Sequence record: PZ445443.1
Length of the DNA stretch: 64,000 bases
Source: a phage
Reading direction: 5' to 3' (one strand)
The notes under the pieces were generated by a model. The model was not told where the DNA came from. It did no database searches and saw only the letters and a list, made by a program, of their open reading frames with translations. Made by a program: the position numbers and the translations under genes. Below, one piece after another: positions 38,382 through 48,099 of this stretch; position 1 is the first letter of the stretch; every line of letters begins with the position of its first letter.

Positions 38382-38420
38382 TATTCTAACCTCTAAAATG
38401 GGGCCGAAGCCCCTTTAAAA

Positions 38421-40736
38421 TTATAGTGCACAGCTTTCGCAATACGGATCTTCAACTGAACTATCTGCAATCAAAGGATAGTTCTTTCTGGTTTCATCTT
38501 CAGCCTGTTTCTTGGCATGAAGTTCCTCTGCCAAGGAGTCACCAGCACCAACCCTAGAGTTTAAATAATACCATGTCTTCATCCCGAATTTAGTGGCACG
38601 GATAAGGTACCCTAGCTGCTCCTTCATTGAAATTTTACCATCTTTCAACTTGGTGTAGTCTATGTATAAATCCGCGCTGATTGCCTGACCTGTGAATTTT
38701 TGAATCACAGCATACATATCGATCATGTCGTTAGTATCAACGTCCCAAGCCGAAGTGTAATACTCTTTCAACTCATCATAGTCAGGAACGATAAACAGCA
38801 CCTGCCCTTGTGGCGACTTTTTAAAGATAATGTGCTCACGGACAGGATAAACCCCGTTAGTGGTGTTTGTTGCCAGCGAAGAGCTTTCATTAGGCATATA
38901 TGCTTCAAGAACGCTATTACGTAGCCCACCATTTTCAATGATCTCTTTACGTAACCCTTCCCAATCCTGTTTAAGAGAAGGATCTTTCACCACGCTATCG
39001 ACCTCTTTGTTATAGGTGTCGATTGGTAACCAACCTTCTGGATATTTTGTCTTATGCATCCACTCGCAGACACCACGCTCTTTTGCCAACCGTAAACTTG
39101 CCTTATGCAAGCTGTAGCTGTGAAGTTCTGCAAGATCGTGAACAAGCTGTTTACTTTCAGGAGATCCGTAAGCAACCTTGTGGCTGGCAATAAAATGTGC
39201 AACATTGGTAAGGCCAACCCCGATGGATCTGCGTTTTTTAACAGTGCTCTCCATATTTTCATACGGATATGTCATGATTTCCATAACATTGTCAATCATA
39301 AGCACCGTGTAGTATGCAACATCCTCATACTCCTCTGGGGTAACCCTTCCAGCTACAAGGGATGACAGGAAGCACAATGCAACCTCACCATCATCAACAT
39401 CGTACTTGAAGATATTACGCATATCTGAATAGCCTTTTGTCGGGAGGGCTATTTCTGCACACAGGTTACTTGAATAGATCACATCTTTAAAAGGTGTATG
39501 TCTATTCATCTCATCTGTCCAGTATACGAACAGCCTTCCAACCTCAGTACGCTGCGTGAGCAGTTCAACAGCAAGATCTCTAGCTCGGATCCATGTTTTA
39601 GGAATACTGTCATCTTTAGCGATACGATCAACCTCTGCATCAAACTCCTCCATAGACATGGTGAAGATACCCTCATGCAGTTGAGGCGCGTGCTTATAAG
39701 AAACAAGCATCCAATCCAAATTCTTAGCCACACGGTTGATAAACGACCTATTAATACCGATGGAGTAGTCCATGGTGTTGATTCTTTTTGAAGCAACAGT
39801 CATAGGGTTTCTCAAACGGATTAGCTCATCAATCTGCGGGTCCAGTGCAAGGAATGATACTGTTGCAGAACCGCCACGTGATTGTTGTCTGTTCTCCTTA
39901 ACACCAGCATCAATACCTCGATAATATGGAATCTTACCCATATGTTTAATAGTGTTACCACGAACACCATCGCCTGCAGATCTTGAGGATAAGTAGTAGC
40001 CGATACCTGCTTGGTTAACCGTCATTGTGTACGCAACTTCACGTGCCACACCAATAGATTTTGCTGTATCATCAGCTTTTATTACACAACAAGATGCATA
40101 CCCTGTCTTACCTGTACGCAGCCCGTTTAAGTACGGTGTCGGAGCATTGATCTTTAGGTCGGACAGATAAGTGTATAATTTTACAACATCGTTGATACGA
40201 CGTTCTTTCGGCATATTCTTCATGACAGCCATTGCTATCCCCATAAACATCATCTGGGGAGATTCAAACAGGGTGTCTTTAAGAGTATCCTTGATCCCGT
40301 ATTTGTCGCGAAACTGTTTAAGGACTGCATAGCCATAACCGAGATCTTTACTGTGATCAATAACAGTGCCTAAAGTGTTTAACTCGGTAAAGCTATAACC
40401 CATATCCTCCCAATACCCTTTCTCAACCATGTCGTTGTAAAATGATGGTAAGGAAGGGATCTTTGTAAACCCTCCAAAAGCCTCTTTATAAATCTGACCA
40501 ATAAGAACACGACCAGCCATACGGGAATGTGCTTCGTCTTTACGGCTAACACAGGAGTCTATGATAGCTTGGTTAACTTCTTTGGTCGTACATCCATCAT
40601 ACAGTCGTTTGTATGCATCCAGTGCAATGTGTGACCAATTGCCGTTACCGTCGTCACCGAAAATAGCTGCCTTATTTAAACGTTCTGGATCGAATGCCAC
40701 TTCACATCCGTTGCTTTTAATTACCTTGGTGATCAA
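38421..40736 (-). CDS. nrdA: ribonucleotide reductase large subunit (class Ia alpha)
   Basis: 771 aa; active-site NLCAEI motif; C-terminal CESCAL cysteines. Confidence 0.85.
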   Translation of the reverse strand: MITKVIKSNGCEVAFDPERLNKAAIFGDDGNGNWSHIALDAYKRLYDGCTTKEVNQAIIDSCVSRKDEAHSRMAGRVLIGQIYKEAFGGFTKIPSLPSFYNDMVEKGYWEDMGYSFTELNTLGTVIDHSKDLGYGYAVLKQFRDKYGIKDTLKDTLFESPQMMFMGIAMAVMKNMPKERRINDVVKLYTYLSDLKINAPTPYLNGLRTGKTGYASCCVIKADDTAKSIGVAREVAYTMTVNQAGIGYYLSSRSAGDGVRGNTIKHMGKIPYYRGIDAGVKENRQQSRGGSATVSFLALDPQIDELIRLRNPMTVASKRINTMDYSIGINRSFINRVAKNLDWMLVSYKHAPQLHEGIFTMSMEEFDAEVDRIAKDDSIPKTWIRARDLAVELLTQRTEVGRLFVYWTDEMNRHTPFKDVIYSSNLCAEIALPTKGYSDMRNIFKYDVDDGEVALCFLSSLVAGRVTPEEYEDVAYYTVLMIDNVMEIMTYPYENMESTVKKRRSIGVGLTNVAHFIASHKVAYGSPESKQLVHDLAELHSYSLHKASLRLAKERGVCEWMHKTKYPEGWLPIDTYNKEVDSVVKDPSLKQDWEGLRKEIIENGGLRNSVLEAYMPNESSSLATNTTNGVYPVREHIIFKKSPQGQVLFIVPDYDELKEYYTSAWDVDTNDMIDMYAVIQKFTGQAISADLYIDYTKLKDGKISMKEQLGYLIRATKFGMKTWYYLNSRVGAGDSLAEELHAKKQAEDETRKNYPLIADSSVEDPYCESCAL

Positions 40737-40984
40737 TTTGCTTCCTCCACTTCATTAACGTATTTATCAAGGCAGGTATCAGTATCTTGCTGGATAAAGG
40801 TATCCTCTTCTACAGAGATATTTATAATTTTACCTGTATACTCGTCATAATAAACATCATCATACATTTTAATATCGTTTGTCAGGCCGTTGAACCAAAG
40901 CCAACCAACATATTCTGCCCGACTTGCAAAACCAAGATCCTTCCACTTGGAGTTATGACTCATCTTCACCACCTTAGCTTTCAA
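40733..40984 (-). CDS. hypothetical protein
   Basis: 83 aa ORF. Confidence 0.45.
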   Translation of the reverse strand: MKAKVVKMSHNSKWKDLGFASRAEYVGWLWFNGLTNDIKMYDDVYYDEYTGKIINISVEEDTFIQQDTDTCLDKYVNEVEEAN

Positions 40985-41474
40985 TACCGAATAATTTTTC
41001 TAGGCGATGCAGATCTTCAAAATTGAAAGGTTCATCAACAATATGAATATCTTCAGCCTTTTCAGATTGTTTTGTATACTTTCTTACATTAACACGATCC
41101 TCTACAGGGATATCATACGGAAGATCTTGAACAAGCATTGCCTCACCGGGTGCTTTATCTACATCCAAAATATCTACACCGTTATACATTTGCGGGTATC
41201 TAAAGTCTGCACGCATGACACCAGCAAATACATCTGCCTTTCGATAATGTGTTGGCTTATTTTTGCATCGAACGTTTTTTCCACGAAGAACATCAATACT
41301 TTTTAAATCAAACCCTACGGCAAAGAGTGCAGCTCGGAGACCGTTTCGTGTGCGAACGTTAAACCCTGGAACGGTAGATAGGAAATCCAAAGTAACTGAA
41401 ATAAATGTCTTTTTAGGAATCATAACATTACTCATATCTGTCTCCATTTCTGGCTCACCAACAAAGTGAGCCAT
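40974..41474 (-). CDS. hypothetical protein
   Basis: 166 aa ORF in nucleotide-metabolism block. Confidence 0.5.
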   Translation of the reverse strand: MAHFVGEPEMETDMSNVMIPKKTFISVTLDFLSTVPGFNVRTRNGLRAALFAVGFDLKSIDVLRGKNVRCKNKPTHYRKADVFAGVMRADFRYPQMYNGVDILDVDKAPGEAMLVQDLPYDIPVEDRVNVRKYTKQSEKAEDIHIVDEPFNFEDLHRLEKLFGIES

Positions 41475-41533
41475 TATTATAGATTATCTGATACTATTAG
41501 TCAACACAAAAGTTACCTATCGCTGTGATAGGA

Positions 41534-42517
41534 TTAACCTTTCACGAAGTGGTTATTAAGCAGTTGTCTGTGCTGAACCCACCCACAAAAGTTGGCAGAC
41601 CAGAATTTACCATCACGGTCTTGATGGGTTACACCTTCCTGCCAAGTACTAATGTCTTGTGTGATTTCACATGAAGACAGGTAGTAGTTTAAACGTTCCA
41701 TTGCGTTATCATGATCCATAGGTGTTGCCTGGTGTTCGTAAGGGCTTGCATGAATACGATCCCCACCAATCAATTTTTTAGCCACACTGTCTGCCTTTTC
41801 AAACGTACTGTCAATATTTCGATAAGATACTTGTGCACAGCAACTAGCACTAATAGACAGAGCTTCTTTAGTATCAAGAATGCAGAGCTTTCCTTCTGTG
41901 TCACGTACAGCGTAGTTAAACTCTCCGTCCAAATAAACGTGCTCTACATATGGAGTGTGCCATTGACCTGGTTTAAGGATTTCAGGAGTGCTATTCACAA
42001 GAGCTTCCCACATACAATTAGCCAACATCTGAATCGTAGGATCCGCATCGTGCCAGCAACGGAGATGGAAAAAATTATTCCACTCTGTGCTTGTTACAAC
42101 TGTTTTCATGCGCTGAAACGGCTCCACTAAGCGGTTACATACTTGTTTATGGTAACCAGCAAGGGCGAACTTCTCTGCATGCCAAGCGGCGTTTTTTGCA
42201 GCTTCTTTCCAAAACTCTTCAGGGGTTAGCTCCATGTCAGTGTACTCTACACGGATCTTTTGATCATGTTCCCCACCATCTTCCATCCCTCGCTTATTTA
42301 CACCGAAGCGAACTGGCATTGCCGGATTCTCCACAATCTGCTGCAGCATCTTGCCGACAGGCACTGCACGGGAAGACATGGCGTTTCGGCTGAATACTCG
42401 ATGCGTCATAAGCTCTGAGTGAATAATTCGAGGATACTCTAGCTCAAAAGTGGTGATGCGCTTACCTTTCTCGGAAATGCTGTCAGCAATGATCTTTGCA
42501 GTGCACAGTTTTAGCAT
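41534..42517 (-). CDS. thyX: flavin-dependent thymidylate synthase
   Basis: ThyX signature RHRxxSxNxxSxR present as THRVFSRNAMSSRA. Confidence 0.8.
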   Translation of the reverse strand: MLKLCTAKIIADSISEKGKRITTFELEYPRIIHSELMTHRVFSRNAMSSRAVPVGKMLQQIVENPAMPVRFGVNKRGMEDGGEHDQKIRVEYTDMELTPEEFWKEAAKNAAWHAEKFALAGYHKQVCNRLVEPFQRMKTVVTSTEWNNFFHLRCWHDADPTIQMLANCMWEALVNSTPEILKPGQWHTPYVEHVYLDGEFNYAVRDTEGKLCILDTKEALSISASCCAQVSYRNIDSTFEKADSVAKKLIGGDRIHASPYEHQATPMDHDNAMERLNYYLSSCEITQDISTWQEGVTHQDRDGKFWSANFCGWVQHRQLLNNHFVKG

Positions 42518-42717
42518 TATTTAGCTCTCCTTGTTTTAATTTTGGAAATTTCGTCTGGGTTTATATTGGCCTTAAATGCAAGGTATCTGTTAAACATATC
42601 AGAGCACATGTCTTGGGTGATCCTGGAGGCATACACTAGCTTACCCCCCAGATCATATACCTCCAGCCAGTCACCGTATCTGACTACAGGATCTCCACCT
42701 TTAGAACATCTGCCCAT
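42517..42717 (-). CDS. hypothetical protein
   Basis: 66 aa ORF. Confidence 0.4.
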   Translation of the reverse strand: MGRCSKGGDPVVRYGDWLEVYDLGGKLVYASRITQDMCSDMFNRYLAFKANINPDEISKIKTRRAK

Positions 42718-42718
42718 T

Positions 42719-43312
42719 TCAAATACCTTCTAAAAACTTTCCTATTTTATACCAACTATTAGCGATATAGTCAACACTGACCTTTAACTCCTCGAATTGC
42801 TCATAAGGCGTATCTTTTAGGATTTTAATAACTTCAGGTCGTGAAGCGAATTGGTTAAGGTATTCATGCCTGTCGTCAATTATAACATCTACAGCCACAT
42901 TTCCTTTGAAATGTGTGGCGTAGAAGCCGTGACCCTGGGTGTGATCGTCCAGATCCATAAAATCACTGGTCCAACGCTTTAAGAACCTTGATTTAGATGC
43001 AAGGTGACCTTTCTTGCATACCGAGATAAATGCAAGCTTGTGACCACGAGCCACCAAATCTTTCATAACCTCAATAGCCCCCTCTTCAGGCTTAAGAAAG
43101 TCGTAGAGGAATGGGTCACTCCAGAAATCAAAAGGCCCTATGATGTTTTCTTTGGGGCGATCAGGCCAATACTTTGACAGATCGTAATACATCAGCCCAT
43201 TAGAAGGTTTAGCGACTGCCTTACTGGCTGGACCATACAAACGCTCCAACCACTCCCACCATGCTGTTCCTGAATCTACCAGTGTCAAATCTACATCAAT
43301 TCCGATTAACAT
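42719..43312 (-). CDS. HAD-family 5'-nucleotidase/deoxyribonucleotidase-like
   Basis: N-terminal DVDLT (DxDxT) motif. Confidence 0.55.
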   Translation of the reverse strand: MLIGIDVDLTLVDSGTAWWEWLERLYGPASKAVAKPSNGLMYYDLSKYWPDRPKENIIGPFDFWSDPFLYDFLKPEEGAIEVMKDLVARGHKLAFISVCKKGHLASKSRFLKRWTSDFMDLDDHTQGHGFYATHFKGNVAVDVIIDDRHEYLNQFASRPEVIKILKDTPYEQFEELKVSVDYIANSWYKIGKFLEGI

Positions 43313-43923
43313 TCTTCTTGGGCCTCTTTAGCATCAATATACTTGCACACAATCTCCGATGCACACTCCCAAGGTGCACCTTCAGGGTTTACAACATCGA
43401 ACTCAATCCCTTTTATTCCGTTCTTTTCCAGACTTAGATAGGTTCTGGAATCATTTCCCCAGTCATATCCGACACGGTGAATACGGAACAACAACAGATC
43501 TCCACCTGTGCTGTATGCGTACTCGCTAAGGCATGCCAGCTCCTCTCTGAAGCCACCATCGGAGTAAACAACAACCCCTTTACCTTTAGGGAAATCTTTC
43601 TTCAAAGATTCGACTGCGGCTTTACCGAAAGCATCCTCACCAAAAATAGGTTTAATCAGATTTTCACTACAATGGATCATCCATTCTCGCGGAGAAACAT
43701 GCTTGCCGTCTATCATTAAGAAAGGGCAAGGCTCTTCTTTGTAGTGGCGGTCATAAAGTGCATTCCAGAGCTGAGGAGTTACACCAGCTGCCTTAATTGC
43801 CACACTGAATAGCATCTCCTTAACCTCACGGTGGTGTGAGTTAGGAATAGCTTCCAACAAGAGATCTGCAATGTGATCCTTACCACTGCTAGGTGGGGCA
43901 TTAAGAACAATAATATCCATCAA
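43306..43923 (-). CDS. deoxynucleoside monophosphate kinase-like P-loop protein
   Basis: N-terminal P-loop NAPPSSGKDHIADLL. Confidence 0.55.
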   Translation of the reverse strand: MMDIIVLNAPPSSGKDHIADLLLEAIPNSHHREVKEMLFSVAIKAAGVTPQLWNALYDRHYKEEPCPFLMIDGKHVSPREWMIHCSENLIKPIFGEDAFGKAAVESLKKDFPKGKGVVVYSDGGFREELACLSEYAYSTGGDLLLFRIHRVGYDWGNDSRTYLSLEKNGIKGIEFDVVNPEGAPWECASEIVCKYIDAKEAQEEC

Positions 43924-44123
43924 AAACCTCCGTGGTATTCTTCAACTGCATCAATAATACTTTTACACTTATCTACCAGCTCGTTAGCCACTACAGCATC
44001 GTCTTCCCAAACAGCTTCCTCAATCTGATCAAGCAATGATCGCATCTTGCCCATCATTTCTGGGATAAAGTTTTCTGAAAAGCTGTCTGGAATTGTTAAC
44101 TTTAGTGTCATTGCGGTCTCCAA
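43920..44123 (-). CDS. hypothetical acidic protein
   Basis: 67 aa ORF. Confidence 0.45.
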   Translation of the reverse strand: METAMTLKLTIPDSFSENFIPEMMGKMRSLLDQIEEAVWEDDAVVANELVDKCKSIIDAVEEYHGGF

Positions 44124-44138
44124 CCATACTATGCGTTA

Positions 44139-44597
44139 TTAGAAGTTTGTTTTTACACGTCCCTTTTCATCGACTTCGTTATTAGCTAAAAGCGTTACAA
44201 AGTCTGTGAAACGGACATGAAGAACTCTTTTCTTATCAAGGTATCCTAAAGCCACCCCTGAGAAATTTAGCATCAAAGGGGCTAAAGAAGCTCTGGCACT
44301 GAAATGCTGTTGTTCTACCCTTCCAACACCCTTAGTGTAGGAAGGGTTAAGATTGTAAGTTCTGAATCCTAGTTTTGTTGGAGCTTTAGAATTAAAAACA
44401 ACTTTATAGCGTTTCTTACTCAACTTATGCTCCAGGATAAGCATTCCCTTATCACCCTTGATAAGTTGAAAATCTGTAAAGTGCTCTTTTAAGACGAAAG
44501 GTAGTGCCAGCCCCATCGCCTGCCCCCTTTGTACCGCTGTCTCACCAAAAGCTTTTGCATCAGTAAGTTCTTTGGTCAAGTCTATGCTTTTGATCAT
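44139..44597 (-). CDS. hypothetical protein
   Basis: 152 aa ORF. Confidence 0.5.
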   Translation of the reverse strand: MIKSIDLTKELTDAKAFGETAVQRGQAMGLALPFVLKEHFTDFQLIKGDKGMLILEHKLSKKRYKVVFNSKAPTKLGFRTYNLNPSYTKGVGRVEQQHFSARASLAPLMLNFSGVALGYLDKKRVLHVRFTDFVTLLANNEVDEKGRVKTNF

Positions 44598-45378
44598 ACC
44601 TAGTCTCCAAAATGTATTGTAGTTCTTTCTTACCTATACTCTTCATTCCGGCAGTCTTACCTGCTTCTTCTTGAAAAGAAGAATAGCATTCAGCAAACAC
44701 TCTGTCAACACCGTCAACTAAAGATTTTATGAAATATGTTGATTCTTCAGATTTTGGGTCATCATCCCCCAATACTTTTCCAGCATTATACCCAACACGT
44801 CTTACACAGAAGTCGTAGTCATCTGGTGTGCTAAAAGAAAATAACTTATTCTCTCCAATCTTTACAGGATCCCTATTGCACTCCTTTTTCTCCCAAATTT
44901 GGAAAACACATGGCACGTCATAAGGTTTGCCATTAAGTAAAAACGAGTTCTTAGGGCACCTTTCGCTGTAGACAAGGTGCATCGACATGTCCAATTTGTT
45001 TGCAAAAAATATTTTTTCAAATGTCCGTGGCAAGATGAAGGCTATAGCCCCTCCAAGCTCTAGCAATGATGCACAATGGTTAAAGAATTTGCAAGCTAAG
45101 GATGAATTCTTGCCAAATGGTGGGTTACCTATGAAGACATCTGCCTTGGGATGCACCTCCAAGAAGTTTGCCTGAATGCACGGTGTTGGTCCTTCAAATT
45201 CAGGGTCTGGTACTAAATCGTACGACAGTATCTCTGAAAATAGTTTTGAAAAAGAACCCCTTCCAGCAGAAGGCTCAACGTATGCACAATTCCCATATTT
45301 GTCTTTTACTTTACCAACAAGATATTCTGCATACCCTGGGTTTGTGTAATATTTGTCGTTAGACTCTTTCTTGCTCAA
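44560..45378 (-). CDS. DNA methyltransferase (NPPF motif; N6-adenine or N4-cytosine)
   Basis: Catalytic motif FIGNPPFG. Confidence 0.65.
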   Translation of the reverse strand: MSKKESNDKYYTNPGYAEYLVGKVKDKYGNCAYVEPSAGRGSFSKLFSEILSYDLVPDPEFEGPTPCIQANFLEVHPKADVFIGNPPFGKNSSLACKFFNHCASLLELGGAIAFILPRTFEKIFFANKLDMSMHLVYSERCPKNSFLLNGKPYDVPCVFQIWEKKECNRDPVKIGENKLFSFSTPDDYDFCVRRVGYNAGKVLGDDDPKSEESTYFIKSLVDGVDRVFAECYSSFQEEAGKTAGMKSIGKKELQYILETRYDQKHRLDQRTY

Positions 45379-45424
45379 AGTGCCTCCAAAAGGAAAAGGG
45401 AGGCTTGCGCCTCCCCTCTACTTG

Positions 45425-46414
45425 TTAGATTATCTGAATCAGGGTGTTTTTCATCTCTTCTCTGGTACGGATGTTGTTACGATCACGAACAACAGATCCA
45501 CAACCTTCGCAGCGGTATGTTTTAAATGCACTCAGCTGAGTATACGCCAAAGCTTCTTCCTCGTGAAGGTGTTCTCCACCACAGCGTGGGCAACGAACCT
45601 TTAGCTCCTCGTCCTGGTAGTACAATGACATGTTTGGGTGCTGCTTAGCAAACGGGCGAGCCAGCAAATACAGGCCTTCCAGAGACAGGATATCACCAAC
45701 ATTATACTCCCGCATCTGTTTAAATGCCTCAAGATCACCGTGAACACACTTGATCCACATTTCAAATGTGTGGTCAATCAGTTTCTGCCGGGCTAGTTGG
45801 AAGTATTTGCATGCATACTCTAAAGTGTTTGCATTCAAACGGAATGCCTTCTTGATCATTTTAAGGGTGTCAACCTCTTTGTAGGGGCTTGTTGGAGGCA
45901 ACCCGTGAAATGCAAATCGTTGGTTGGCCCACCCGCAGTCAAAACCTGAATTGTGGGCTACTGCGACATCGCATTTATCCAGATAATACCACAAATCCTG
46001 AATCAATTCGAGATCATTGTGAATATCCTCATCCCACATTTTGTAATCGGGAAGAGCGCAGTCAACCACACTAGGGCTGTCTAACCACTTACCTGCGAAA
46101 GTTAGCATATAAGGCATAACTTCAATACCACAGGTTTGAATGTTGGTCTTATAGTGCCCAAAGAACCAGCCGTTTGTTGGGGATGTCTCTGTATCATACA
46201 CCCAAACTTTAGCGCCTTTGTGCTCTTCAAGGAAGCGCTCCGTTGCTTCTCCTACAATCTCTGACATATTCTCTTGTGCACGTTTAAGCTGTAGTCGGAT
46301 CCAGCTCTCACGTGACTCACGGCCTAAAAATTCACGAGCAATTTGTCTATTAGTGTATCCCTGTTGCTTTAGTGTTAAAATTTGCTCAAGAGTTAACTTT
46401 GTCATCATCGTCAA
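45425..46414 (-). CDS. DnaQ-like 3'-5' exonuclease with N-terminal HTH and C-terminal Cys cluster
   Basis: Exo I motif VYDTETS; C-terminal CPRCGG...CEGCG. Confidence 0.55.
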   Translation of the reverse strand: MTMMTKLTLEQILTLKQQGYTNRQIAREFLGRESRESWIRLQLKRAQENMSEIVGEATERFLEEHKGAKVWVYDTETSPTNGWFFGHYKTNIQTCGIEVMPYMLTFAGKWLDSPSVVDCALPDYKMWDEDIHNDLELIQDLWYYLDKCDVAVAHNSGFDCGWANQRFAFHGLPPTSPYKEVDTLKMIKKAFRLNANTLEYACKYFQLARQKLIDHTFEMWIKCVHGDLEAFKQMREYNVGDILSLEGLYLLARPFAKQHPNMSLYYQDEELKVRCPRCGGEHLHEEEALAYTQLSAFKTYRCEGCGSVVRDRNNIRTREEMKNTLIQII

Positions 46415-46420
46415 GATTCC

Positions 46421-46642
46421 TTAGTAAAACTGAAGAATGTCTTTTAAAGCGAAGTCACGATATTCGCCCTTGTCTACATCGAAGGCACGCATCAACCACT
46501 GCTCTTCTTTATGATACTCTGTAGAGCCAAACCATAAATTAGGCTCAGTAACGCAGCGATCTGCAACAACACCTTTCCAGTTACGGTATTTCATCCTGAT
46601 CAGGACTGAGTCGCAAGGATTGAATACCTTTTTCATCCCCAT
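46421..46642 (-). CDS. hypothetical protein
   Basis: 73 aa ORF. Confidence 0.4.
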   Translation of the reverse strand: MGMKKVFNPCDSVLIRMKYRNWKGVVADRCVTEPNLWFGSTEYHKEEQWLMRAFDVDKGEYRDFALKDILQFY

Positions 46643-47186
46643 AGAAGTCTCTCTCCTCAGTTTTCTTTATAAACTCCTGCATGTAGGACTCAATAGCCTC
46701 ATGCTTGGTGCACTCTGGATTAATGACAAGATTGAGATCTGATTCTGCTCGTGCAATAACCGTAGCTTTAGAGCATCTCCTCAAGAACTTTGTCATATCA
46801 TCTCTGTAGTTTTTGTGGAGCGGGAAGTCGCTGTAGTCTTTCTCCAGATAGTCAGCCATCCGGCGCAACGCCTCTGATAAGCTGCAATCTGTATACTCGT
46901 TACAGTATTTCATCCAGTATTTAAGCACATACCCCTCAAAGGTATTAGTGCACTGAGACAAAACACCCCTGCAACGACCAGTCAGATGATCATGATCTAA
47001 ACAAGGCTTACGAAGTGGCTCGCACAAGATCGGATCAAGACCATCCTGCTCCTCTGACAATTCTTTTCGAAAGTTGGCTATGTCCTTAGAATCTTTTAGC
47101 CACCCGCTATGAACGGGGGCTTTGACAGCTTTCTTTCTTATTTTACGCTTTGCGATAACCCCTCCAGATGCGCCCTGCCTATCCAA
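46581..47186 (-). CDS. endonuclease VII-family nuclease
   Basis: Motif CLDHDHLTGRCRGVLSQCTN. Confidence 0.55.
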   Translation of the reverse strand: MDRQGASGGVIAKRKIRKKAVKAPVHSGWLKDSKDIANFRKELSEEQDGLDPILCEPLRKPCLDHDHLTGRCRGVLSQCTNTFEGYVLKYWMKYCNEYTDCSLSEALRRMADYLEKDYSDFPLHKNYRDDMTKFLRRCSKATVIARAESDLNLVINPECTKHEAIESYMQEFIKKTEERDFYGDEKGIQSLRLSPDQDEIP

Positions 47187-47767
47187 TAAGCATCTGCGAG
47201 ATCGGCCTTACCTTGTACCAAATTGATCCCATCTAGGAACCCTGGTTCAGATACTTCGCAGGCCTTAACCATCAACTTTTTATCCATCGTAACAGGTTTC
47301 TTCACAGTATGCTCTTTACCTGTCTTTTTGTCAAGCTTTTTCTTCTCCTCAAAAGCAAGTTCTTCAGGAAGATGACTACGAGCAAACTTTTTGGCAGTTG
47401 TTGGTGTCACTGTGTGAACCTTAAACAGGCCGTCATTTTCACAATCAGCTAAAGCATCCCAAAGCATAACTTCGAGACCGTAAAACAACCCAGCCAGTTC
47501 ACGTGTGGCATCCCCGCGAGATCCGAAGGAAAGTCCTTCCATAACCACGGTGTCAACGCCGTGCGTGTGGATATAATATCTGACCTGTTTGCAGATCCAG
47601 TCAATACGCTCAGCAGCTGTTGCAAAAGAAACCGTCCCTGGTTTCTTCTCTTTTGCAGATGAGCTTTGAGTTCGTAACACAACCTTATGAACAGGCTTTC
47701 CATCGTCCCATACAACGCAAGCTGTGTGTGTCAACGACTGGTCTATGGATAATAGACGCTCTCTCAT
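47138..47767 (-). CDS. putative RuvC-like Holliday junction resolvase
   Basis: N-terminal LLSIDQSLTHTACVV resembles RuvC-fold first strand; weak. Confidence 0.35.
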   Translation of the reverse strand: MRERLLSIDQSLTHTACVVWDDGKPVHKVVLRTQSSSAKEKKPGTVSFATAAERIDWICKQVRYYIHTHGVDTVVMEGLSFGSRGDATRELAGLFYGLEVMLWDALADCENDGLFKVHTVTPTTAKKFARSHLPEELAFEEKKKLDKKTGKEHTVKKPVTMDKKLMVKACEVSEPGFLDGINLVQGKADLADAYWIGRAHLEGLSQSVK

Positions 47768-48099
47768 ACTTCCTCATCCTCCTCTCCTTCATCAGGAGCA
47801 TAAGCCTTATCTTTGAACAAGACGAGAGAGCAAAGCTTAACATCTGTTTCCACACTGGTGAACATGCATAACCGCTCGCCCTCAATCAGTTCACAATCCT
47901 CTTTTAAAACAGCAGACCATACACGGTCATCTGCGTAATCATCAGTGTACAGGATGTATGAAATGGTGTCATCTTCATACAACCGCCACATACCTGTGGC
48001 AACAACGAATGTATTTTTTGTTTTAAGTGTCCCTGTTGTATGATCATCCTCAAAAACAGCTTCCATAATTGCACTATCTACAGAATTTTTAGTCATCAA
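47764..48099 (-). CDS. hypothetical acidic protein
   Basis: 111 aa ORF. Confidence 0.45.
   Translation of the reverse strand: MMTKNSVDSAIMEAVFEDDHTTGTLKTKNTFVVATGMWRLYEDDTISYILYTDDYADDRVWSAVLKEDCELIEGERLCMFTSVETDVKLCSLVLFKDKAYAPDEGEEDEEV

Noticed and set aside
38421-40736. Numerous antisense or nested track ORFs inside nrdA, nrdD, thyX, the ligase and other long genes
   Set aside because: They overlap well-supported long CDSs on the opposite strand, lack RBSs and have atypical composition.
40974-41474. dUTPase assignment for the 166-aa ORF
   Set aside because: Segments loosely resemble dUTPase motifs but order and spacing do not match the five conserved motifs; left as hypothetical.
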